A stretch of DNA of 64,000 nucleotides from Somniosus microcephalus (Eukaryota): contig CM126225.1 of NCBI GenBank assembly GCA_052327205.1, forward strand, positions 6,510,001 through 6,574,000, in the 5' to 3' direction. Positions within the stretch are counted from its first letter, which is position 1. The number at the start of each line of letters is the position of its first letter. The translations under genes and the position numbers were made by a program. Below are positions 36,601 to 50,661 of the stretch, piece by piece. Under the pieces are notes generated by a model that saw only the letters and a program-made list of their open reading frames with translations, made no database searches and was not told the origin of the DNA.

Positions 36601-39600
36601 TGGGTGCACGAAGTGAGCTGGGCAGAGACAGAGATACGTTACTTAAAGCATATCGCCATAACAGGTATATTACATCTAGACTAGACCTGCAGATGTAATT
36701 TTAACTGTCAGAATCCCGATCGGGGTCCCTAACACTGAATGATGATCTAATGTATTGGTTTGCAATACATTGTATAAGTAACTCAACAAAGTTTCATGAC
36801 AGCAATGTCCCAAATACAGCCACTTGCTGGGGTTTCACTGGGGCTAATGATTTAACAGGTGCTGGCACAGGATTGGGAGTGAGCGCCACAAATGCGGTGC
36901 ATCTACCAGCTGCTCATGCACGATGTCAGATGCAGACAGTGTTGGTTGAATAAAGGAAGCTTTGGCGAGTAAAACTTTTGGGCCAGTAATACTGTCCAAT
37001 GTCCAACCACAATGAAGCAGAAAGCCCTGCTCGTGTTTTCGATATGTGTTACATTTTGACAAACTAGATCTGTGTCCGACTTTGCACCCACGTGCAACCT
37101 GCCACCTAGTATGAACGACGTTTAATTAATCATTTGAAAATAACTGTACTGACACGAATTACTTAATAAACTAGCAATTTCCATTTTAAGCTGCGTGTAA
37201 ATGGAAAGAAGGTGGTTGACAGAAATGAATAGTACTTTCAAGCCATACTGGATTATTTTATTGATTAGGATAGTTGGGAAGCGGGGATGATGTATTTGAT
37301 ACCATATTATACAATATTACTTACAAGTATTCAGTTGAAGTGAACTAAAATACGTTCACTTTCACTGGTCCAGATTCTAATCTGTTTTGTTAAAAGCAAA
37401 GAACGCATCAGCTAACGTCTATCATGCACTGAAACTAATTGAACCATACTAACTGGTCATAACTGCAACTGTGTGTTCAGAATCCGTTTTCGTTCTCTTT
37501 AAATGCCACTGGCAGTAGTTATTATCAGTGCAGCAGAGACATGGAAACTTGACTGATTCAGGATTGGAGAACCCGCTTTTCAATGAGATGTTACAAGTTT
37601 GTTTTGCCCCTGCTGCCGCGGGTTACAGATTTGTAACATTCTTAGAGAGTGACTGAAGCCCTCAGTCAATATTTTAAATCGCTGTTACAGATCTTCGGTG
37701 ATTCCCCAACAGTGACACAATCCTTGATGTCGATCTCATTTTTATGTCAACCTCCTTTAACAATGTGATTGCACAAATCATATCTCTGTGAGTCCTTTTA
37801 TCTGAGTGTCTATCAAAGCTATAGTGTTGGATTAAGTTCACTGAGAGACGCTAATACCCACTTCTTTACCCCTTTATTGTTCTGAATATATATTTACGAA
37901 AATGTAAGCCTGTCCCCTTTTCGTGTCAAGCCTTTATTTCAGAATAGTATGACCTCTTGTATTGTAGTAGAGGAAGAATATTTACAGTAAACAATATTTT
38001 GCAAAGAATACAAAAGTGCCTTATTTAAGAAATATAAAATGTGCTTTTTTAATTTTTGCATCAAAAACTTCATGACCTTTTTGCAAAGCGAAAAGTAGTT
38101 CCATCTCCTCATCAATGTATCAACTTGGTACTGATACCCTAATGCCGTCTTGACGGGGCACTGATGGCTGAGGTACCACATGATGTCCCATCTGCCCTAC
38201 TCAATAAGCGATAAGCATGCCATGGCTCTAATCACAGAGCAGAGTTAAGCATTGTGCTGTGACCCCCTTAAAAATCCTCTTCTGTACCCTGTTCCCCCAC
38301 CCCCAAGGCTCCAATCTAAACCAGATGTGAAATCCCATTGGGTTATCTTGTTGAAAGATCTCGAATACAATAATCCAATAAATCAGAAACATTTTAATGG
38401 AAAAAAACTAGACGAAGGGTCAAAACCGGTATGTAAACAAGCTTGAAAATATTAAGATAGATAATGAATGAAGATGAGATAACTGAAGAAGAAGAAGTAG
38501 TTAGGTGACATCAAGCCAGTAGATTATAAGAGGAAGGAAGGGGGAAGGCCGAGAGAAAAAGAGCACGAGGTCCTGGTAGAGAATGGGTTAAAGAGCCGAC
38601 GGGATTGTCTGTTAGGGTAATAGCGAGAAAGGCGAGATGCTGCACTGTTAAAGTTGGTGTCTTGTCTAAAATCTGTTGTAATGCATTATTTTCAGGCAAA
38701 AGCTTCGGGCGCTTCAGTTGCTATAGTGACGTGTGTGCTAGCGGTGTGTGTCCATGTTGGAAGGTCTGATGGGATAGCATATGTGCACAAATACACTTAT
38801 GGTCGTTAGTACTTCCCCCTCTATATAATGGGAAGTGAAGCGATGTGAAAAAAAAGAAATGGAACATTTCAAAAACGAGAAACCATGCGGTGTGTTGCAG
38901 GCTGTAATGTTTCAGCCACCATTAATGGACGGCTCAATATGGAGAAGCAATAGGAGTCCTTCACTCTGGCACATGATTTGTAGATTTCTGTGTAACCAAC
39001 AGGCCGCCCCTTTAAAGCACTATTCACTGTATCCCAAGGCTTTTAAAGGTCTAATTTAGAGACTAGTAATATACAAATCCAGTACCTGGCATTTGTCATT
39101 CTGACTCATGTAATCGTTTTATTATTGGCATTTAGTGTTTAATTGTTAAATTTATTATAGAATTAAAAAAAAATTATATTTAAGTTTTATTTCAGCTATC
39201 TGTTTATTGACTTCCCAGTTTCCAAGCCAATCAGAGTACATGGAGAAATATGTCTGAACGATTGATTTTAAATTTATGAAATTGATCAGAAATTGACAAG
39301 TAGGAGGAGAAAAAAGGGATACACTATGTCTTTAAGGAAGGTCGGATTGAGTGGTTAGTTCCCATTTATTAAAGCTGTTCTGTGGGCGTAGAATTGATTT
39401 GTAATTGTCACTGGCGTGTTCCCTGGACGTGGAGCAAGTTTTACTGGTCATTATGCTATGTAAAGAAGCGCTCGTTAGAGATTTGTATTGATAACACGTC
39501 AAGCTTTGCACACGTAAGTTGAAGGAGTTTCTACTCAATTAAACTGTCATGCATTTATACCGGAATAAAGAAGAGCACATAACTCCATGGCAAGACTAAA

Positions 39601-42119
39601 TCCTAGAATTTCCTGGAGTCCCCGCGCTCAAACTGTATTAAACACGTGAACAGAATTCCTCTGTACAAGGGAGCCAATTCTGCCATCTGCTCTTAGAATC
39701 TCTTAATAGCCATGGAGCTTTCTCTCTCTTCACATGTTTCTATCTGTCCTTCTCATTGTGTCTGTCTCTGCCTTTTCCTGTTTTTCTCCATCTCTTAGTA
39801 TATTTCTCTATGTGTCACTTTGTATGTCTTGGCCTCAAACTTCTTCTCTTTCGCTTTTGGGTCCTTCTCTGGCTATTTAAAAAAATTGCTTATTCGTACG
39901 TTTATTTATTCTTCCTCTCTGTCTCTGCATCTTTTTTATGTCTGTTTTTCACTGTGCTCACCACTCTTCCATTTAGATGCTGAAAACCCGAAGCGTGCTA
40001 TTGTTATAGAAACACCACAAACGCTGCCTTGCCTCTAGTGACCAGGCGAGAATGTTTCCTTGTGTGATTTGTATTTTTTGAAAACCCATTGCGCACTAAC
40101 AGGCTAACTGCAGCCTGTAATATAAGTAGCGTTAGACGGGAGGCAGAGAGTTATTCAAATAGGAACAGCGCCTAAAATACGAAAGATGAAGCAAAGATCG
40201 ATAAACGAAAAGAATAATTGAAGGAACACGAGACAAAGGGGGGGGGGGAGGATAGCGCTGAAAAGTTAAGACATGAGGGAGTGTAAAAGAGAATTCGATT
40301 GTGTAAGTGCTTCAAAGTATCTTAAGAAGCATAAATAGGAAGCAAAACTTGAGATTTTAAAATACAATGGAACAAAGACAACAAAAAACCGGTGCAGATG
40401 AAAATATTGTAGAATAAATCAGTAAACAGTAGAGTGTTTTCTGCCTGGTACACGCACGGCGCCATTTTGAAGGGACAAGGCGGATCCGGTGATCCTGGTC
40501 TAAGCAGAATTTCCCAAGGCACGGCCAAATTTCTGCCTTTGCTTGGGGAACACCCGTGACTAGGCAAATGCGTAATATGATTTATTTTTTGTGTCACTGC
40601 GATTGATTTCTCGAGATGACCCCCCCCCCCCCCATTCATAAAGCAGCTTGATGTATGAGTTTAAGTTAAAAAAAATTACATCTTGTAAATAAAGCTCCCC
40701 TGGCAGGGCGTGGGGTGGGGGGGGGGGGGGGGGGGAAAGTAGAGCACAATTGCAAATTAAAAAAATGAACTGATGATCGATGTTGTTAGTTATTTTCTGG
40801 CGAAGATTTCCCACTCAGGCTCGGACAATGTTTCTCCTGTCTTAACCTAGGTCTTGGCCTCTGTTAATGTCTCAGCACCTCCTCTTGCTTTTATTCCCTA
40901 ACTTCTTTTATCCTTTTTCCTGGTTCGCCAAAGTTTACGTTTTAATTTCCTCGCGGTCTCAGCCTCTCTCGCCATTCATTTTTCGCCATAGTGTTATATA
41001 TCAGAGAGAGAGAGAGAGAGAGAAAGAACTTGGCAATTACACCAATACATACAATCCCGGGGCATTGGAAACAACACATTGCACCAACTAAACAAGGTTA
41101 AATTTCAGGAGATCCTCACAGAATGAGATATTTATTATCTTTTAAAAGTGTCCTTTAAATTCTTTCAGCCAGCAATGGTTAGTGAAAAGAAGCGGATTCG
41201 TTTGGAAGGATGGGCAAGGAATCACATTGAGCCCCTCCCCATAGGTCTGTATTTATAATAATTGTTTTCCACATTTTTGGTGGCTTGTTTTATGTTTTAA
41301 GTTGCTTAAATACTGTTTTAAGCTAAAAATTAAAATAGAAATTCTATCGAATAACATACATTTCAGCACAGGGGGTGGGGTGGCCATTCTGCCCATCGAG
41401 CCTGTGGTGGCCCTTGCTTCATGTTGGAGGCATCTACTTTAACCGAATTTCCCTCATCCTTTCATCTTTTACTTCTTCAAGTAGTTATCTATAGAATCAC
41501 TCTACAATGTTCTTAGAAGATTTATTTTCAGAAATCGGCGAAGTCAGGGAGCTGGGAATCTCATTGAGCGCCTGGATGGGGAGTTGATTGAATAATTGTT
41601 GATTTGTTCATTCACTAACGGGGCGGGGGTGGGGAGAGGGAGGGAGGAGGGTTAAACACAGCGAGAAATTAAATTAACATTCAAACATACAATTATCTTT
41701 TAAAATACACATTTGGTATAGCCGTTTCACTAAGACGTCTTGGAACGTGAAGTGAACGCAAAACATGTACAATTGACAGCAAAAATAGCGGAAAGGAGAG
41801 CTCCAAAGGAGGTTAAAACATATGGTTATCCATCCTGTTTGTTGCTTAAAGCGATGGATTGATACAACCCATTTACTAGACTATATGACACCTGCGATTT
41901 TATTGTTGTAGATCTACCGCGACCAACCTAGTATTCAGGATAGACACATTTCTCCTTAGATAAAAATATTGTGATTTACGTTATTTTTTTTTACAGCGAA
42001 TATTTTCTGCACAAGCTATTGTTGTCTTAAATCACGGTGCATATATTTCTAATAGAGTAAGCACACTAACAGCCACCTTGAAACACAGACAGTGAAGGTT
42101 CATTAAAGAATTAAGTCGT

Positions 42120-42125
42120 TTTATT
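42120..42125 (-). terminator. Probable HoxB2 polyadenylation signal
   Basis: AATAAA on minus 450 nt after the stop, followed by CTGTCTGTGTTT. Other AATAAA hexamers exist in the UTR. Confidence 0.45.
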
Positions 42126-42571
42126 TAAACTATGAAAATAATGTACAATAAATAATTTAAAATTCACTATTTCAGAATTTTCAATAAATATGCTACCTCT
42201 AAAACATGAAATAACTCGTCACAGTTGTCCTTTTGGGAGCTATAAGATAAAGCAGCTTTACTATAAGTACAATTCCGAGATATGTTTTCCTGAGTTAGTG
42301 AAAAGGGGAATCTACAATTTTTTTCCACGGCCTTGACACAATTTACGAAACTGCAACTGAATAAAACCGTATTTAATCAAATACCTGTGCATTAAAGACT
42401 GCAATTCTTGTAGACTCCAGGTCAAGGCTGAAGAATAAATTATTTACTGTGAGATTAATCCTATATCACACAGACTTTTATTATTCCACATTATTGTAAT
42501 TTAAAATAGGAAATACTGAACATTTTTAAACATGGCTGAATTGCTACACTGGCCCTATGTTTGGCGAATCG

Positions 42572-43287
42572 CTATTGATAATTGAGGTGCTGCAAGTCTA
42601 TAGTGCAGAGAGCGCTGGTAAAAAAATCAAAACTGTCCTCGGGGATATCCACAGGACTATCGATGGAACCCTGCAAACTGGGAGATAATCCATCAGAGAA
42701 CGGCAGGTAGGAATCAGAAGAAAACATGTTTAAATCTGGCAGGGAGACCATCTCCAGCGCCTCCGGGCTGAGCGTGTCCAGACCAGCACAATTCTGGCCT
42801 GTTGTAAACCCGTTTTCAGCACTTGCCGTTAGATAAAGGGGGCTCTTGGCTTTACCATCGCTGCCGCCGCACACTGTCAGATCCTGCAGGTTTTGGAGTT
42901 CTTTGCTAAGTGTGTTTTGGCTTTGCTTTCTTGCTTGGTCGGCGCAGTTTTTGTTTTCTAAGTAAGTTCCTGATGCTTCGACGGGTTGGGTGTAAGGCGA
43001 CGAATCCTCGGCTTCGTGTTCTGGAAGCGAGCTGTTGGACAAAATAACTTCCCCGTCTTGATTTTCTTTATACTGTGCTTGCCTCTTGTGCTTCATGCGT
43101 CGGTTCTGGAACCAGACCTTAACTTGCCTCTCGGTCAGGTCGAGTAGGGCGGCGATCTCCACTCGGCGTGGCCTGCACAGATATTTGTTGAAGTGAAATT
43201 CCTTCTCTAGCTCCAAGAGCTGTGTGTTGGTGTAGGCTGTCCTTAATCTCCGGGAGCTGCTGCTGTTATCCTGCTCACCCTGGCTTT
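42572..43287 (-). CDS. hoxb2: HoxB2 coding exon 2 (homeodomain)
   Basis: Polypyrimidine tract and ttag|AA acceptor. PG2 homeodomain [58 protein letters not shown]; C-terminus [17 protein letters not shown]. Joined CDS 359 aa. Confidence 0.95.
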
Positions 43288-43896
43288 CTAACAGGAGAAG
43301 TGGAGAGAGTGAGAAAGAGAAAGAGCGTGAGGAGGAGTGAGAGTAAATGGTTTTTACATGCACATTGAAAAGAATTGAAATCACTTCTGTTGGGCAAAAG
43401 CCATTCTTTCACAAACTACATTGAAATGAGCTTTGTAAAGGTCTCTTTCTTCCAGCTGGTCAACAAGGATCTTTACCCTTTAAATAAATATCCTCAAATT
43501 GACAAATTCGTACAGCAGGGCACATCTTTACCCTTTTCGAGTTCCTGCAGCTTATAAGAGTTTGATCAACATGGCCGCCGAAAATGCAAACGTCAGGATC
43601 TACAATATATCTAAGCACTTTCACAATATAAGACAAATCGCATATTAAAACAACATTAAATAAAATATTGCAATAAATCAGCATTTTAAAGCCAAGCACT
43701 GGATCCGTCAATTAGAAATGCATTTCATAAATCAACCGGCAATAAAATTACAGATTAACCCGTGCTTTATAAGACGTTGTCTAATACAGATACGGTACGC
43801 TAAAGTTTGAGTTTTGTAAACTATGTATTTTTGATTTTTAAAAAAAAAATCCAGATTATATAAACGGTACAGAGAGAGCCTGGGCTCTGGGCAGAC

Positions 43897-44260
43897 CTGT
43901 CGAAGACTCCGCCGCTTGAGAGGACCCAGGGACCGGTGCTGACAATGACAGAGGTGCCTCGCTGTTTTTCTTCGACGCCTTTTTCTCTTTCATCCAGGGG
44001 AACTCGGCCGCGGCAGCAGATAGGAATGGGCCATTTGGAGGCCGCTTTTCGCGACTTGGCCGCGGCTGGTTGCTGCTGGGATTCAGGCTCGGGATGGTCT
44101 GCTCAAAAGGAGGAGGAATTAGTGTCGAGTGTGAAAGCGTCGAGTTCTTGATTGATGAACTTTGAAATGTATCAGCGACAGCAGGGAAGGACGTCAGGCA
44201 CTCGGCGAGCGAAGGCTGGCTGTTAATGAAACCAATCTCTCGCTCCAATTCGAAATTCAT
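43897..44260 (-). CDS. hoxb2: HoxB2 coding exon 1
   Basis: [28 protein letters not shown] and EFPWMKEKK (B2 type; A2 has EYPWM). Donor G|GTCTGC inferred from frame fit (364 nt, phase 1). Confidence 0.92.
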
Positions 44261-44415
44261 GGCCTTCTTAATCCCGAATGGAGAAAGTTATGAATATTGT
44301 AGGTCGAGAAAAAATAATATTTTCAGGCTTTAATTCTGTTTCTCTGATATTACAAGGCGTATGGGGACCGGCTTTATTAAACTGAGGACTAGATTGAAAT
44401 TGGACCAAATTCGTT

Positions 44416-44439
44416 GTCACATGATTGGCGTTGCCCAAT
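44416..44439. promoter_or_regulatory. HoxB2 proximal promoter E-box plus double CCAAT
   Basis: GTCACATG-ATTGG...CCAAT about 160-180 bp upstream of the ATG. Confidence 0.55.
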
Positions 44440-45324
44440 GGCAATTTGGTGTCTAATGAAAAGAAACCATTATCTCTGCAATTGATTCAAAAAAGTGAGA
44501 GAAAAAAATTATTCCACTTTATTTTTACTGTCAGAGTTTTAAATTCACCGTCAGATTTTGTCAATTCTTGTCGTGCATTTTCCTTACTTTTAAGAAGGTT
44601 GAATGTTGATTAACTTTTTAAAAATTATCCCAATCCTATCACAGTATTTTGCAAATCAAGTGAAGACGATTTGCACCTAAAATCTGTCGGCTTGGGTAAT
44701 TAACAATGTACCTCATTAATCTTCAAAGTTTTGACAAGAGGGCCAGTAACAAAATAGAACTTTCACAAGATCAGCCAGGCAGTTGCTATATGTCTGTAGG
44801 AAAGTTCCAATCCCTTTAAATGTCTGTATCTTTGGACACAATTCACAAAATGCGCTTTTTCCGATTGCCGAACGGATATAAATGCTATTACAGTATTTTT
44901 TCAAAGTAGAGAAGAGGTTTCTGAAACCAGGTAAGTATAAGATTTTAATTTGAGGAAGACATGAAACAGTGAGAAACTATTGCGTAACTATTTTAACCTA
45001 TTTTATTTTAGTCCAAATTTAGTGTAACATTTTCTTTCTATCTATTTATCCATCTACCCATTCATTCATCTACTCAGCTATCTGTCCAATCTTTATGGAC
45101 AGAAATTCCATTTTTAGGTTGCTTTAAAATTGTTTTTATCCGAAAACTTGTTTAAAATTACGAGCGTTTATTGAAAATTCATTTGCAATTTACTAGTTTA
45201 TCAAATACTTATGACTGTGTGAAATAAGGACTTTTTAAAAGTTATTGTAAAAAGTAATTAGCATTCATGTTACAATAGATATCTTTTTTAAAAGCTGAAC
45301 CCGGGGAGGAACTGAAAGCGGCCA

Positions 45325-45356
45325 CGATCAATCTTTCCCACAGAAGGGCTTGACAG
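45325..45356 (-). promoter_or_regulatory. HoxB2 r4 enhancer core (Meis/Prep site plus Hoxb1/Pbx site)
   Basis: On minus CTGTCA-(16 nt)-AGATTGATCG, the motif pair of the mouse Hoxb2 r4 enhancer; 1.1 kb upstream of the ATG. Confidence 0.85.
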
Positions 45357-45654
45357 CTAAGGCTCGGGAGCACACACTGAAGAATTTGCCTCCCCATATC
45401 AAATGCCAGGAAGTGAGGCTGGCCTTCCTTTCTGACCATGTTTTTTTTCTAAAAGCGGGGTGGCGAAAAGCATTTATTTTTAAATCTAAAGCCGCAAAAC
45501 ACATTATATAAATAGCAAACCGGTGACTTCAGGAAGACTGAGTGAGGAGAGAAACGAAGACATCTAGTCAGATTAGGGCACTTTTACGTTTTCAAGGGGA
45601 GTCATATAAATCCCATTGGCTTGGCTCGGTTTACAATCCCTCCTGGTAAACACT

Positions 45655-45723
45655 GTGTGGGACGCGCAGTGAATTCGTGCAATGGGGCCTAGAAACCTTT
45701 GTTTGTCAAAACGTGTGTGGGTG
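45655..45723. promoter_or_regulatory. Probable HoxB2 r3/r5 enhancer (Krox20/Egr2 sites plus Box1-like motif)
   Basis: GTGTGGGTG (45715-45723) and GTGTGGGAC (45655-45663) flank CTTTGTTTGTCAA. Lies next to the r4 element, as in tetrapods. Confidence 0.65.
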
Positions 45724-48174
45724 CAAGTGTTTAAGCGCGGGTCTTCACAGGCCTCTGAGTCACTCTTCAGAAAGAAAGAAATCTATTCTTAAATCAGTAA
45801 GAAAATAATTCAAAAAATAGAATATTTGATAGATTTGTAAATATGTGGGATAAAGCCACTAAAATTAGCAGCAATTTTAGTGTGAGGGTTGCACCGGGAG
45901 CATTGGCTGAGGAATAATTGGTTAAAATGTGACGTGAGGTAAAGGCTGTAACATGGCGTGTCGTTTTGTTTTGAATTGGTAGCTGCAGATTTATTTTCAC
46001 AGTGAGCCTAGTCCTCGTCCTGAAAGTGTTTGATCCTTATTAAATACCAATAAATTGCTCGAAATGATTTACGAGTTAAAAAACGCGATGAAGTTAAATA
46101 TTTTCTATTCGTTTCTGATATTGTTTTTGTGCATAGACTATACATTGGTATATACACATATTTAATTGAATCCAATATAAACAGTGAAATACGACTCCTG
46201 ACGCTGAAGACAAGTCTAAAATGCATTGAATAGAGGGGGTTACACATATTAATGCAATGAATTAAACAGATCCAATAAATAAAATTGGTTTCTGCATGTT
46301 AAAAGACTAGGTTAATTTTCACATGAGATCTGAAGAACGCCAAATGATTGAAGCATTTCTGTAGATCGCCATCAAGAGCAAAGTATGTTGCAGATTTTTT
46401 TTTGCTGGGAAGCTGTTTTTTTCTTCCTGGGCGGCGAGAGGTCGAAAATCGAACAATATGGCGCCGAATCTTTTTAGATCTGGTTGACATCAGCTGCAAA
46501 ATTGTATTTGGAAAACCCTGGAGAATTGTTATTCGAGCCCAGGAAAACTTTCACACAGATCTGTGGCTTTTAACTGATCCATATCACTGTGTATATGATT
46601 AGGAACTAATTGAAGGAGCTTTGTCTTTCATTTTGATATCACACAAGCACAAAAAAAAGTTTATTAAAAAAATTCTAATCTAAGTTTTACAAAAATCACA
46701 GGTGATGGTCAAATGACCAGAATTGTGTTTTTAAGGTGGAGAACGTTAGTTAAAGAAATACTAAATATGATTATCAATGTTATTACATAGGATTCTGAAC
46801 TTATAACTGATGTACACTTTAACTCTTGCTGTCTTCACATCTAAACCCGTGATAAATTCGAGTTTTTGTTACTGGTATTACAGGAATCACAACATATCAG
46901 TGAACTCTCGCCTTGAGAAGTATGTATACTTAAAACAAAACTATTAAATTTTTTGTTGTTATATTCCACAATTACTTTTACTTGAACCAAGACTGAACAG
47001 TGCGAAAGATCATTCTTACTGCTTAAACAATTCTATAATTAGTGCACAGAAAGCTTAAAGAGTGAATCAATGCAATTCGTCTATGGGAGGTAAAATTAAC
47101 TTTTATCAGTTGTTAGAAATAAATGCGTGTTTTATATGATTAGGTAACCAGAATCACTATGTGCTTTGCTTTCCCCAGGTCTCTGAGAGGTTAAAACCTA
47201 TTGTGAGTGTGACTATATGCTTGCAGTGGTTACTATAAAAGTTGTGCTTCACGGTGTTTTAGGGCACGCCAAATCCAATAAACTTCATTTTAAAAAGCAC
47301 AGTAAAAGTTTTGTTCGAATAGTAAACTTGTCAACTATTTACAAATATCTGTATTCTGAAATTTCCTATCAGAAACTGAATAACTTGGGAATCAAATTCG
47401 TTTTTCAAGGCGATTAACACTGTTATCCCCCCCCCCCCCCCAATTATTTCCCATGTTTTAGAGTTTATAGAAATCTTGAGTGTAAAATCCATTCTCAAAC
47501 ACAGCCAGGCACATCCTGCTATGATAACATCACTTTAAAACGAGTTGATTGCCAGACCAAGAAAAATATCTTGCATTTTGAATGGAATGAACTGGAAAGG
47601 CCTGTGTACTTTGGCAGGCTGCTCATGCTTTTGTCTTTGTTTCTCTTGCAGGTCCAATAACTACTCGGCCCAGACAGCACGTGGTGTCTCCTTACACCGG
47701 ATGGAAACTTTTTACCCCTTAATTCCCGAATGTTTGTGTAAGTCTCTGGGCCTTGTTTGGTAATAAAGATATTTACAAGCTGGAAAAGTGCTTCTTTCTT
47801 TAGTTTTGTAAGAGGCATTAATCTGAGCACTACCTTCTTCGCACAAATCCCCTCCCCCTTTCTGATATTAGAATAGACGAGACTTAGAACAGCAGAGGAA
47901 TGATTAGGCAATGAAATATAAACGAGGCAGAGCTTCCTATTCATGCCACTGTGTGTATGTGTGATTGTCTGTGTGTGGGAGAGAGAGAGACAGAGAGAGC
48001 TTCAAATGTATGATTTGAATAGTTTTGCCATCACAGTTGTCTAAGACGCGAATGTAAACTGCCTATTAATGGCGTTCTGATGGTTGTATATATATACATA
48101 TAATATAAATATAAAGATTTTCATGTTACGATCATTAATATATACTCCATACAACAAAATCTGTTAACAGGAGA

Positions 48175-48180
48175 TTTATT
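48175..48180 (-). terminator. Probable HoxB3 polyadenylation signal
   Basis: AATAAA on minus 0.9 kb after the stop, followed by TTTTGTTGT. Confidence 0.45.
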
Positions 48181-49078
48181 CCAGAATTGTTTGACAGACA
48201 ACTCTTAGCAAGGAAAATAACTACGAAGAAGGCAAGGAGTGTCAGAAAGGGAGGATTTGCTATATTTTTCTAAATCAAGACTATACAATTACTGTCCTAT
48301 TCTGTCCCCATGCCTTCGATATAACTAATTACATTATTTGTAGGTACAATGGCAACGGAAAACTACATTTTTGTTCTAGTTTACATTAACTAAAATAAAC
48401 TTGTTTACAGTGACATGAATACAACCGCTTCGACAGGTAAATACTAAAAAGTACAGTTTTTTATTTTTTTATATAAATACGTATTGTTGGGGATAAATAA
48501 TACAAAAAAGAAGAAATATTTTCCTGGCATTAATCAATAAATATATCTGAATGTTCACCAGAATACACACATATTGAAAGACGCACCAGCTAATCAGTTT
48601 TAAGATTCCTTCAAGGCCGAGTTGGAGTTGCTTGCCTCATATGAGTTGGTTCACCCATTGAAATGTAAACGATAAGTGCAATACAGGTGTCCAGAGGAAA
48701 CCAAGCATCAGCAAATACCCAAAATGTCTTCACTTTTGCTTTTTTCAAAGGACAGAAGATTTGTTCATTTACCCTGTTTCACGTTAAGTCCAAGAAGAAA
48801 CAAATGTACAACCTTTAGGATTTTGCATGACCAAGTATTGATGGAGCCTAAAGATTGCAATGGGGTGGGTGGTGGGGGAGGGGTGGGGTGGAGCAGGCAT
48901 GCTCTATATAGGAGGGGTGGTTGGGTGAGGGGACAATGTAAGCAACATATATTAATACAAGCCAGCATACATGAAGAAGAAGACACTATTAAGGGAATGG
49001 ATTAAAGAGAGTTCATGAGAAAAGGAAAGGAGAACTCATTGTTTACTTTTCCTCAGTGAAGCTCCCTGCTTACACCTG

Positions 49079-49848
49079 CTACAGATGGGTCAGTTTGGGA
49101 GCTTCCTGAATTCTTCCCTGAGAAGGATGATGCGATGAAAGGTCTGTGTAGGTTGGATGTGGGTCACAAGGTCCATGGTGCTGACTGGGAGCCATCTGAG
49201 CTGCACCGTTGTAGTCCATGTTTGTGGATGCAGGGTGAGAAAGGTGATTGAGGCCGAAGAGAGAAGGCCCCGAAGCGGACATAGAATCCACATAGTTCCC
49301 GCCAACATACACAGGACTGCCCTGCATGTTTGATGTCCCATAGTTGCCATTGCCCTGTAGTGCATGGGGGTCGTATTCTGGAGCCGTCCCAGGATATCTC
49401 TTCTGCTGCTGAGTTGGGCAACTTTTCATCGGGTTTTGGTAACTCGTGGTCATGGCATAAGCGTTCTGATGAGGTTTATTGAAAGGCGGCGGTGAAGGGG
49501 CATCATAGGCAGAGTTGTTAGCAAGCGGGTGCATGGCGTTGACAAAGCCGGCGGGGCCCTGGACGGAAAGCGGGGGGCTGCCCGTGGGCGACGGCCCTCC
49601 GGAAGAACTCACCATGCCTTTCGTTTTTTGATCCTTCTTGTACTTCATCCGGCGGTTCTGGAACCAGATCTTGATCTGCCGTTCACTGAGGTTGAGCAGG
49701 TTCGCCATCTCCACTCGGCGAGGTCTGCAAAGGTAACGGTTAAAATGGAACTCTTTCTCCAGTTCGACCAGCTGCGCGCTGGTGTAGGCAGTGCGCGCTC
49801 GCTTCGAGGCGGAACCCGGCGGGCTTTTGTCCCCACTGATATTTTCAG
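49079..49848 (-). CDS. hoxb3: HoxB3 second coding exon (homeodomain)
   Basis: Acceptor cacag|[63 protein letters not shown]; PG3 C-terminus [13 protein letters not shown]. Joined CDS 394 aa. Confidence 0.95.
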
Positions 49849-50661
49849 CTGTGAGCAATAAAATAAAGATAATTACCTCTTTAAAAGTGTACGCATCTGA
49901 ACAAGAAAACTCGCCAGATAATAAATGTAATAAGTCTTGAAAGATAAACACCTTGAACACATCAAGGACCATCATTTTCACATCAATTGTTATTAAAAGT
50001 TCCATACCCCCCCCCCCCACACCAGAAATATGACGTGGCATCCCCAGAGCTCAGAAAATTGAATCATAATCATATTGACACAATGTTCAGAACAATATAT
50101 TCTACAGTTGAATTGATACACTTAAAGAGGACAGGGCAAATGATGATTTGCAACAGAGGCAACTGCATTATATAATTATGGCCCATTCAAGGTTATTATG
50201 CTTATAATCAAGAACTGCTACATCCGATATGTTTAATATTACTATTCAGAAGCGGCATTAGTAGTAGTTATAGGCTTGTAGCAATTTCTTGCATTACCTG
50301 CTTTTTAATACTTCACTTTTTTTGATGTCATGTCAACTTTCTGGTTTCACAGTCAACCAGTACGTGACCTTTGTGCATTCTGAGCTGTTTAGAAGCAGTG
50401 ACACAGTGTATATATTTATTGCAATTACATGTTACAACATGTTTCAGTTTCAAAGCAGAATAATAACTATTTGAGAAATTGGAAAAAGTGGGGTGGGGGG
50501 GGGCAGGCCAATATGCTTAAATGTTAACGATCTATCAACAAAGGCTTTAACGTGCTGCAGATATTTGAAAATCGTGTTTTTTAATGCTTTGATTTAAATA
50601 ATCGTGCCGCCTTTTCATTTGATGCGTAGGTACCTAGAGCTGCAAAAGAAAGCTGGTGTAC

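Noticed and set aside
37097-39696. CTCF-like cores (CTAGGTGGCAG, AGCAGATGGCAG)
   Set aside because: Only the 3' half of the motif matches; needs a PWM scan or ChIP.
46707-46718. Estrogen response element
   Set aside because: GGTCA-aa-TGACC has a 2-nt spacer, not 3.
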